From: Convolutriloba macropyga
Lineage: Eukaryota
DNA length: 64,000 nucleotides
NCBI RefSeq assembly: GCF_964194025.1
Contig: NC_134479.1
Location: forward strand, 38,378,001-38,442,000
Reading direction: 5' to 3'
The position numbers and the translations under genes were made by a program. Shown in pieces: positions 14,303 through 24,837 of the stretch (positions are counted from its first letter, which is position 1; each line of letters begins with the position of its first letter). The notes beneath the pieces are model-generated. The model was not told the origin of the DNA and made no database searches. It saw nothing but the letters and a program-made list of their open reading frames with translations.

Positions 14303-16384
14303 AGATAGATGTACTAGTACACATACCAGTAATGTTTTAATGCTTTGGACAGTAAGTGCTTATGTGTTCAACGAAATTCGATATTGTTTGTCTCAATATT
14401 TTTTGTTGTTGTTTTTTATGGTTGTTGTTTTTTAGTTTTTTACCTACGCTTCAAAGTTTGACACAGTGTATCTTTTGTCGTCATTAGTAATGACGCTTTT
14501 TGCTAAATCTGTAAATTCTGTAAAAACTCCGTCTTCAAACCCCCATATTTTTTCATAATGTTTTAATCTAGGAAATGCCGTAGTTCCTTATCAAAAAATC
14601 TCAACGCATCAAAATTTAGAGCTAATCTTATTTCATATATTTTATTCCGTCACAATTTACTATAAAGTACTAATAGCATTTCTTTAAAATCCATAAAAAC
14701 GCTAAATTGTGTTTTTCTGTACAAATCTTCCAATATTCAATTGCAACCATCTCCGAAATTGTTCCGTGTCTTTGTTCGAGAGTTGATCCAAATTGGTCTT
14801 TGGTTGTGTCACATTTGATTCGTGTTTCGTCAATTATGTCTAAGTGGATATCCTCTATAATTATATTAAACCAGTTGTTTTACCCCGGCCAATCCAACGA
14901 ATTTTACTTTGAAATGTTTCTAAATTTTAGCAATCGAATTTGCCGATTTTGATGTCTAATTAGTAATGGCACCTACTACTCTCAAAAAAATTTTTGACCT
15001 TTTGTTTTAGTAAAGTCTTTTCAAACTTGTTATTACTTTTCTAAAATGTCAATCGGTATTTTTCCTGCGCCAGTAATTTCGTAGCCTAATCAGTCTATTT
15101 CTTTTAGACAATGTTTTCATTTTTTAATGAAACACAAACTTTTTAGCGGCATTCTTCTTAGACAGGCTTCACACAGCTGAAATAATTTTCGATGCTTTCA
15201 GTTTTAATCACAACATCACCCAAAAAAACTAATTGAACCCCTCCTCCATACCGTTGATGTAAGATGAAAAACTTTTGGAAATCTTGCTGCCATATCCGCC
15301 AGTCAGTAGAATCCTGGTAGAAATTTATTTTCCTGTAACTGCGCTTGCTATGATGTTAAATTTACAATGTTTACTCTTTTCCTCATCAAGGTGTAGTTGG
15401 TTATATACGTACACCGAATGAATGGAATTTAACCAGGTTCCCCTTTTCTGTTCGTTGGATATCTTCGCTTCTGCAATCTTGTCCAATAGTATGTCTTTAC
15501 GTGACACCTGATATGTTTTCAGTGGATGGATTTATACAAATTTATTGGAGTCTAGTTGATTGATTGGATTTTTTTTTCTGTTATGCTACAGGATAAATAA
15601 ATGTTGTTAAAATAAAAGTTGTGTTTTAACTCAACTAGAACAGCCTATAGCAAAAGAATCATATCAATTATTGTGTAAATTTCAATTATTTTATGACATT
15701 CGTTCTAAAAATCTCTTCATATATAACCATTGATACTCTACAGATTTATTGAAGCAGCAAAGAGCGTAAAAATCGAATTACGATCGAACTACTCCCCATT
15801 GATCAAGTTAAATAGCACTGGAGGAACTTTTTAGGTATAATTGTATTCAACTCGACCAAACAAAAAAAACTAAACTAAACCAATTTAATTTGGTTAGTGG
15901 TTTTGTCCTAGTACAGTAGCTCAAACTCGAGAGTTAAAGTCAACAGCTACGACTTCAGTCGGAGAAAAACTTTTGAAAAAAATGATAGTTTTTGGACAAC
16001 AAAATTCTCCTCATATCAACTTCAGTTGATTGCTCTAAATAGTGCATGAGGACTTGAAAAAATTGATTTAATTACTGATAAACGTGAAAGGAATTTCAAT
16101 TCGAAATTTGTAATAACATACTATTATACAACTCTCAATAAGCAGAGCTGAGTCGCAAACAGAATTTCAATTTTTGATGTGATCTTCAATGACATTTCGT
16201 TCTGTAGTGCATCACGTCAGAAGACTCTAACAAAATATTTCAGGAGAGAAACAAAAATCTCCAAAAATTGGAAAGAAAGAAAATTTTTATTTTTAACTTC
16301 TTTAAATTAACCTAACTGCAGCTCGTACATGTTAATCAGATGCACTATTCCTAATACTGTTTATGGTTTAATTAGTTTTTGCTG
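14303..16384. repeat. Repeat unit copy B, left part (interrupted by the Polinton)
   Basis: Starts AGATAGATGTACTAGTACACATACC like copy A; colinear with ~10790-13074. Confidence 0.9.
15325..15507 (-). pseudogene. Ancient Gypsy RT relic inside repeat copy B
   Basis: Near-identical paralogue of 11883-12065. Confidence 0.7.
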
Positions 16385-16480
16385 AGTAGTAAGTAAATAC
16401 TGTCTCAAGAGAGTGGGGGGTTATCCTACGATACTTAAACATGGGATAATAGGGGGTTATCCTAAACGGAAAGGGATTAA
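16385..16480 (+). repeat. Polinton left TIR (96 bp)
   Basis: Reverse complement of 33160-33255 with 2 mismatches; contains GGGGGTTATCCTA twice. Confidence 0.97.
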
Positions 16481-16686
16481 CTTTCATTCTTTACCAGATG
16501 TGATTATGTAAGACTATTTCCAAGGCGGCAAACTTGTTTTCGGTCAAACAGTCAACTTTGTTCTAAATTTTGTTCCGATAAGAGCTTCAAGTGAACAATT
16601 TATTGAAATGTATCCTGGCACTCATAAACACAAAATTTACACGGTTAGGAATTCAAAAGGCGCAGTTTGGGCAGTTAGGTGCAAGT

Positions 16687-19600
16687 TTATTGTCTGCGCG
16701 CAAATTTAAATGCTGGTTCTTCTTCATAATTGCTACTACTTTCACTGCACTCATTAGCTTCATAATTAATGAATGGGTTAGGGGAGGAAGAGCTGGAGAT
16801 GGTGGTAGCATCAGAGTCTACAATATTATCGCTATCAATATCGTATTCGTTAATAATACTTGTCATTAATAATCATGGGTCAGGTGTTTCCCGTTCCTCC
16901 TGGCTTTCACTTGTTGTTGTATCTGGCACAACGAAACTATTATTATGGTCTCAGTTTGGACTCGAATCTAGAAGATGAGCATAATTTTCCACATTTTCGG
17001 AGTCCCACTCTACTTCATCGCTATCCCCAGAAAAATCTTCGACTCGGCAGTGATCAATATTATAGTGGCCAAATGTTAGTGCTTAAATTCCCCCGTTCAA
17101 AATGTGGCGTTTATTATCAAAGGCAGATAGACATATTTTATTTGTTGAAACCGTTTGTAGAACATGCTTTTCCAAAACAATCCTTGTATTTCATCGCGCA
17201 GTGTACTACCAGTCACAAGTGTGTTATTGTAGTCTGCATGTCGAAGCAAATTTTGGGCTGCTCTGGTTATTCCTTTGGCGGATATTTTTTGGTTACCTAT
17301 GAAAAGAAAAAAAAGCAGTCAAATCATGACAATCATACAAGGTTAGTTGTTACATTGTTAGTTTTTTCTTGAATCATTAAACATAAAATACTCACCAGCG
17401 GAAGTAATGCTGTACAGCTTTGGCTTCAGACATATAAACTCTTTTATATAACCCCCAGCAAATTCGTCTTCGAATTTTAAGACGACGCGTTTATTTTCTT
17501 CGCTGTAAAGTTTGTGATCTTCTGTGTAATTTGAGAAGTCAAACTGATCAAGAACATTGCTCTCCTCCTGTTCACGGTAGAGATCTTCACAATTGGTCCG
17601 CTATAGCAAGCTATCAGTATCACTATAGAGTAATCGACAGTCAAATGAAGATCGCATTGTTCCATAGTGAAACTGATACATGTAGTACTTTGCTAGATCA
17701 AGTATTGTGGCCCCTACTATAGTTGGTGTATCCCAATAGGTTTTTCTTGGGCGGGAGGAGAGAGCTGCCAAGTTCTCGCCAAACACTTTGAATTTATCAA
17801 ACTCAAACTTGCTTACTATGGTCAGGGTTCGTCTTGCGTCTCTCGTAAGCTCGATTTTCATCTGTCGACATTTCGATTCGCAGTTTTTCCCATAAACGGC
17901 GTTGTTCATTAGTTTATAGAAACTCTCCTCAAATTTTTTCGAAGCAGCTTGTCTCTTCTCACTATTCAGGGTTATATAGGGTATTAACCAATTGTTTTGA
18001 GTAAACTGTAGCACACGATGCATTTTCCTAACCTCTAATCCCAAGTTAACATACAGTTTTAACAGCTTGTAATGCAGCACATAATGTTCTTTGTCGAAGA
18101 AAGTCTGCAACAGTTTTGGAACTTTTGAGGGGGGTAAGTTATGACTCTCTCACAAATTTACGTGGTAGTCGCTGAGCCAGTCATCCTCAACAATATTTTT
18201 TGATGGTGCGAGGGGGAAGTCTTGATGGTAATCGTGTAGACTTGCTGGATAATGCAAGTCGACTTCCACGAAGTAACCGACAGGGTTATCATCAGGACAG
18301 TTTAGTATCTCAGCCAGTTTAATATCAGAGTTCAGCGTAAAATCTGACTGAGAGAGTTTTTCATTTTGCATGACGCCAGCGCATAGGTTATTGGCGTCCA
18401 CGCAGAAGCCAAATGTCGAGGGTTGTGAAGAGTCATAATCTGGCAAAAATTTATTATTTGCTGTAAACTTTCTCATCTTGTAGACTGAGCATACTCCCCC
18501 ACGTACTGCGCATTCTATCATATCGAGGTGCTCGCGTTCTGTGAGCATTTCGACTTCTGCCTTGCATATTCTCAATGATGCTTCCTTAACCATATTTGAC
18601 AGTGTGTAAAAGTGCATGCAGTCGAGTTTGTAGGTGGAGAAACTGAGCTCTCTGTGGTACTCACAAACGCATGCGAAAAAAGCGCAATCGGTTTTCAGGT
18701 ATGCATCGTGGTAGTCTTGTAAAGTTTGACAATTCAGAGTGTTCCACATCGTCTTGGCATGGTTCAAGTTTTCTTGAGTTATTGTTACTGCGTTTCCTTC
18801 TAAAGTGTTACGCCATTCATTAAGTGGCGGTAGGGATTTTTCGATGAACTTTTCTCGACCGCTAACATATGAATAGGGGTAATATCCTTTATGCTGGAGG
18901 AGCTTCAATTCTGTTGAGGATAGGTTAGGGAAGACAGAAGCAAGTATTCCAAAACGATCTCTTGGTAAAATGTCAACCAACTTTTCGAGAGACGAATTCA
19001 TCATTTTGAATGAATCAATAAACCTCAGATTTTCATAATTTTTGACCACTTTTCCATCATCTAGGGTTATGGTCTCTACGAGCACTCCAAAGTTCATGGA
19101 AATGTACTTTTCATCAGTAGACGGAATTACACTTACAGTGGTCGTTGGCTCACAAGATTGCAGGGCTAAACAAATGTGGTGAAGATCATAATTTTGTATA
19201 TTATGACCCATCAGAGGGGTAAAGTTGACGTTCCTTCGTGCTCGGTTGCATTTTTCTTGAGCCCAGCCAAGAAATTGTCCGCTTTAGTGGCAGTGATCCA
19301 GATCTATTGATGACTGTTCATCATTATCGTCAAAGGGTTCGTTACATATCAAATATTCCCTAGCTGCACTTTTCGGATACTGGCTACGGTCACCTCTGAA
19401 GAAAGGAAAAGCTCGTTTGCGCTTGTATATATCCTTGGCTAGTGTGTGTAACTTGTTTACAAATTTAGTAATGCAATCTTCAGAGCTGTCCTCGTGGAAA
19501 AAGATGGGTTTTGTTGAGTTGTGATCAATTACCGCAAGTGAAAAACCACAGGATCGTGTTTTTCAATAACACTGGTAAATGCGTTGATCCCTTGTGGCGT

Positions 19601-20925
19601 GCATCCTGCTACTGGACACAAGAAGGATTCGAAGTCAAAGTAAATGACTAATGGAACAAATCATGTGGTGGCCAAGTTTTTGAATTTATATAAACTCTTT
19701 CCCGGAGCTGGTAATCGAACAACGGCCGGCGCATTTTCACAGCAGGTCTCCATATGTTCGGTAAGCTTTGCAAGGCCTTCTTCACACAACCCGAAACAAT
19801 TCGGGCAAATATGAAACGCAAAGCGGAATTTGGTATTTCGGAGTTGACAGACTACCTTGACCAAATTGGTAATCAAAACAAAATGGTCAAAGTCAGCTTC
19901 GCATAAAAACAATAGATCCATTGTGAAGTTTGAGACAAACTTTGACACTCTGTGTGGAAATAAGTCTCTACCATCATAACCATAAACGTTGATTCGAATT
20001 TCATTGAGATTTTTGAACTGATTGATGTCTTCTAGCCCCATGGGCATATCGAAATGTCCAATTGGTTGATGGAGGTTGGCTTGCTTGTAAGTTTCAGGTG
20101 ATGTTTTGTCTGTATTTTAGTTCCTTCCTGGTCGATCTAAGCTAATATTGTTGTGCATATGATATGCAGCAATATATCAGTAAAAGAAGCAATTTGCGTC
20201 TTTATGATTACAAATATTAAGTAAACCGCGGCAATTTTGTAATTTTGATTTTAATGCAAGGTAAGACGAGCCAGTTACAGGTCGGTAGTGGGCAAAGTTC
20301 AATGTCGTTAGCACTATCATCATCTTTTGGACCATAGTCCAAAAGGTCTCACTGCTAAGTCAATGACTGTAAACGGGTGTCATGAGCGAATTTGCATAAA
20401 TTTCAATAAGTTCATCTTCTTGACCTTCGTTTTGACTTGGTTTTCGGAGTTGAAGATGGGCACTAAATTGAACTTTTGCGATCCCTGTGAGAGTTTTTGT
20501 TCTATAAGCGAATCGATTTGTGGTTTATGCTGGAGCATAAACTGAGTAAGGTCTGTGTTGGCTTGGGTTGTTGATGGCGGCAGATGGTATCTATGAAGGG
20601 TACCATTAAAGGCAGTTTCAGCCGGCGCTTGAGTTAATTGAAATTGATCGCCAAAGACAGGTAAAGAATGCAAAGAACTCATATGCTGAGCAATGAGTCT
20701 GGTGTCGTTAAAACCCATATAGCAGGACCGACAAGAGTTTGTAAATTTTTGATGACAAGTCCTCATGTGTTGTTCCAGTTCAGAAAGTTTTCTACAATTG
20801 AATGTACAAATACAACAGGTGAAGACTGGTAAACCTACTTCGTCGGGGTGGTGACGATGCTCATGTCTAGATTGATTTCCCCTGTTATCAAATGTTGCCG
20901 AACAATTTTTGCAATTGAAAACCAT
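16687..20925 (-). pseudogene. polB: Protein-primed family B DNA polymerase with N-terminal C2H2 zinc fingers, EndoVII/HNH-like insert, one intron and an acidic C-terminal tail; frameshifted
   Basis: ExoI YFDFES, ExoII HNIQNYD, ExoIII YLKTD, motif A DANNL, motif B KLMNNAVYGK, motif C YSDTDS, LKPKLYS, SAKGI, LSAFDNKR, FGHY; DHCH...G..CN insert at ~19230-19360. Confidence 0.95.
17297..17395 (-). other. Putative spliceosomal GT-AG intron (99 nt, phase 1) in pPolB
   Basis: Donor G|GTGAGT, two ACTAAC branch-like motifs, TTTTTTTTCTTTTCATAG acceptor, in-frame TAA inside; removal gives KLYSITSA-G-NQKISAKGITR. Confidence 0.85.
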
Positions 20926-21030
20926 TGTTGGAAAATTCAAGATTCAAAAGTTAGCAGAGATAATGACAACTTTCGTAAACATGTAATTCAACTTCAAATG
21001 GCGAATTTCTTTCTATTCCACACGAGTCTC

Positions 21031-21078
21031 TTATAATAGGCGCGCAATTTAAATTTCAAAATTTCCAATTTTGATTGG
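21031..21078 (-). promoter_or_regulatory. Candidate pPolB core promoter (CCAAT box then TATAA)
   Basis: Minus strand CCAATC at ~21078-21073 and TATAA at ~21035-21031, about 105 nt upstream of the ATG at 20925. Confidence 0.45.
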
Positions 21079-22776
21079 ATAATATGAGCGCGCGTTTTGA
21101 CCCAGCTTTTGTCAACTACTACGAACATATCGAGTTGCGTTGAACTAAAAGTAGCGCTCTACGTTTCCCACTGAACAACACTGACATGACAAAACTTGTT
21201 TGAGATTTTCGAATATTTAGTGCAATATACAAAAAGACGTCTAAAACCATGAATAGTTCTTTTTAGTTTTTAGCTATATGCGACAAAACATATCAATGGC
21301 AACTTTTAATTAAATTTCAGGTTTATTTAAAGTAAACTTTTATGAATTCTTAATGACATTTCAATCAAAAATGTCCGTCTTTTTTCTTCATTTTGATAGC
21401 TAATAAGCTCTAATGAAGAGGGAACATTTGTGTTTCAACCTTTTAGATGTAATATTATACTTCAGTAGCATACCTAAAAAGAAAATTTCGATCTGATTTC
21501 ATCAGAATTTTTGAAAAACATTCCAAAAACATCGGTTTTTTCAACACTTTGTTAAATTTTAAGTACAAGGGATGCTTGGGACTGTTATGATGCATAGTTT
21601 TATTACTGTTACGGTGTTTGAACTGCTAATAAGTCCACTAAAAGCAAATGAAATATTCATTTTTTTCGCTTAATGTTGCAAAAAAAGCGGTTTTTGTAGT
21701 TTTTTCACTGTAGATACCGGTGGGTGCGTCTGACAATGTTGGGCGTCGTAACAAAAAATGCTCCCCGGGCACTAAAACGTAGGAACCGACAAGAAAAAAT
21801 CCCTCATCTTTATCAGGAAAAAAGTTGGTTTTTCTGCCAATCATGATCAATCAATGTCATCACATGACAGCCAATGACAAGCCCCCTGTTGCAAACATTT
21901 TTCGATGACAGCTGTTATGAGATGAATTTGTCTCCAGCCCTCAAAAAATTGGTTTTTAAGAAAAACCTGGTGTATCATTATTATTTCGGGTACATCAATT
22001 GCTAATTAATGCCAGATGTTAATGAGACGTTAATGTCCAGATGTTTTGAAAATCGGTGAAGGAGCCGTTTTTCGGCCCTGGCCCCTATGACCAGAAGTGA
22101 CAAGCATGTATCAGTCATTACAAATCCAATTAACAAAATGGGAATTTTTTTTCATTACTTACTAATTAGACTAATTAGGTGCTAATTAGATATTAATTAA
22201 TGGTTAATTATCTCATGAGTTTAAATTGACGAGCGTTATGAGCTTTTTTGTAGTGCAGTGTCTGATAGTATCAACCAAATAGTCCGCTTCATCCCAACTA
22301 TCTGTTGGAGCCGATTTTTTTGGGGTCAAAGGTCACCATGAAAAACCAAAAAAAAAATTCGTTTTTTTTTCAACTTTTTTTTTAGAAAAATGTGCTTTTT
22401 TTTAATCATATCGATAGCCCACATTAATCGCTTGGTAATGACGTTCAGGTTTTGAGTTTTCGTTCCGTCGAAAAAAATTTATTCGGCAAAAAACCGAAAA
22501 AATCTCATTTAAAAAACCTTTCTTTTTTCCTCTTTTTCGCTGAAAAAATGATGTTTTGCTAGTTTAACTAACACCTCAAGGTATATCCAAGAGGAGCGCT
22601 GGTATTATACAAGCATACCAAGAACGATTTGCTAAAAGAAGTTTGGGTTTGATAAGGAGTTTATGCATTTTTTGAAGCTTTTGTTCAAACCTAATTTTAC
22701 ATTTTATTAGCTTTCTCAACAAATTTTCTCTCAACCAATCACAAGCTTGGTTGCTTCCTGTTATATATTACCTTCT

Positions 22777-22796
22777 GAACATGTTTGAACATGTCC
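22777..22796. promoter_or_regulatory. Perfect p53-family response element (GAACATGTTT-GAACATGTCC)
   Basis: 20/20 match to RRRCWWGYYY x2, zero spacer, CATG cores; function untested. Confidence 0.7.
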
Positions 22797-22847
22797 ATTT
22801 TCAAAATTTTATCTCAGTTTTGTCTCACTAAACAGTACTGTTTTTGT

Positions 22848-22867
22848 GAACATGTTTGAACATGTCC
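22848..22867. promoter_or_regulatory. Second perfect p53-family response element, identical to 22777-22796
   Basis: 20/20 match to RRRCWWGYYY x2; part of a 26-bp direct repeat. Confidence 0.7.
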
Positions 22868-23067
22868 ATTTTTGTAAAATTCTGATTCTGAAGTAAGCTA
22901 GCTATGTAAAAACATTAAAAGAAGAGTGTCAATAAGCGAGCTATTCACAAAAGATAGTAACACAACACACCAAAGTGCAAAGGAATTATAATTCACTAAT
23001 AAAAAAGTTGTTAGAGGTCAAAAAAGTCCATTAGAGAGTCTTCCTGTCTTCGTTTTTTTGGTGCTGC

Positions 23068-23729
23068 TCATACTACTGGAGTTTCCGAGCAATTGGGTGT
23101 CTTGACATCGGCTGAATTTGTTGGGGGTTGTGGTGTCTGAAAGTTTGAACCAGATAAAATATTGACATCAAACTGACTTGTATTTGCAAAATTGTCAGAG
23201 ATCTTGTTCTTACTCTGGAAATCCTCAAAGAGTGAAAGGCTTGGGGTTGGAGTAAAAGTTGGGCTTGGATCCACAGCAGGAGTTGTCGGAACACTGACTG
23301 AAAAACTCGGTGGCTGACTGTCCGGTGAGGATGGTGATGATTTGACACCCCACATATCACCAAATTTTTGTAGGCTTGATATGTACTGAGTTGATTCTCG
23401 AATAAGGGCACGCAATCGCAGTCGTATCTGTACAAGATACGTCTCACTTCCTCCGGCAAAGGTTCTTCAGTAGAATGCATTTGTGGTATAGTTTTTGGTG
23501 GTAAGTGTCCTCCAGAAGTAATGATACTGGATTCAGCCGGCTCCGTTTTTTCCGTTAGGGCAGCAATAGAGTTCATAAATAGCTTCGGTATCAAATAATG
23601 CTGGTAAGTGTACCACAAATCGTTTTTTCTTTTCTGTTGTATCAGAACGACAAAATTTTCAAACACGGTTTGGTAAACAAGAGTTCTCTCAGAAGAGATA
23701 GCAGACTCCGAAAACATTTTCACGGACAT
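23068..23729 (-). pseudogene. Polinton accessory ORF of unknown function with Ser/Pro/Thr-rich C-terminus (probably one gene with a frameshift)
   Basis: Overlapping ORFs 23073-23744 and 23068-23415; ATG at 23729 preceded by a strong splice acceptor. Confidence 0.55.
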
Positions 23730-23786
23730 TGTTTTGAAGTTCAAGTTCGATTCAATAGTTAACTGTTAAGTAAGAGCAAAAAAAAG

Positions 23787-24640
23787 AAATGAACACAAGT
23801 ACAAAATTCTTTCCCAACATGTGTTTCGCAAGGTTCGCCTTATCTAAGACCAAACAGATGACTGGAGCATAATCGCACCTAGTTGCATAATATATTGTAT
23901 ATAACATGTGGTTAGCCGCACTGTGGTTCCTTTACAGAGGAATTTGGGGTCACCTCTGTGGTGTATTGGTTATATGTAAGTTGTGTGTATTCTCTGCACT
24001 ATACTATCTAGGGTCACATCTGTTCTAAATCAACTTGTATGTAAATTACATGGGTCCCTACACTATTAATGGTTAACTATCTCCCGCACAGAAGTGTGGG
24101 TTGTGCTGATAAATTTTTTGCTTTATATACAAAACACATGTACTTGTTATTTTTGTTCGCAAGTAGGTTCTGGTGGTTTATTGAGGTATGGTCTTAATTA
24201 ACTATTATCTAAAAATGAACACAAGTACAAAATTCTTTCCCACAATGTGTTTCGCAAGGTTCGTCTTATCTAAGATCAAACAAATGATTGGAGCATACCT
24301 TTTAGTCACGCCTAGTTGCATAATACAGCTTTTTGTTTATAGCATGTGGTTAGCCGCACTTTGGTTCCTTTACAGAGGAAATTGGGGTTACATCTGTTTT
24401 GTTTTGGTTTTATGTAAATTGTGTGTGGTGTCTACACTATACTATCTAGGGCCACATCTGTTCTAAATCAACTTGTAAAATACATGGGTCCCTACACTAT
24501 TAATGTTTAGCTCTTTCCAACACAGAAGTGTGGGGTTGTGTTGGTAAATTTATTGCTTTATGTACAAAGCACATGTACTTATCCTTATTCGCAAGTAGGT
24601 TCTGGTGGTTTATAGAGGTATGGTTTTAACTAACTATTAT
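23787..24640. repeat. Two diverged tandem copies of a ~425-bp unit inside the Polinton
   Basis: AAATGAACACAAGTACAAAATTCTTTCCC at ~23787 and ~24212, colinear to ...AACTATTATC. Confidence 0.9.
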
Positions 24641-24837
24641 CAAAGGTCACATACGTATAACAGTCTAAAATGAGCAGTCTCAAGTACGCCGTGGGGCGTA
24701 CTTGAGATTGCATTTACCAATCACTTGGATTTAATTAAAAATATGACGATACTGGTTTGATTCCAACATGCCGCGCCTCTTAACTTCGTAGTTATTTACA
24801 TATTGTTGACTGAAAGTGATCAAACAAGTTGCCTACC

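Noticed and set aside
16530-16539. Isolated p53 half-site AAACTTGTTT near the left TIR
   Set aside because: Single half-sites are expected by chance more than ten times in 64 kb
16591-17372. Plus-strand ORFs 16591-16869 and 16860-17372
   Set aside because: Antisense shadows of the pPolB C-terminal exon and acidic tail; no recognisable motifs
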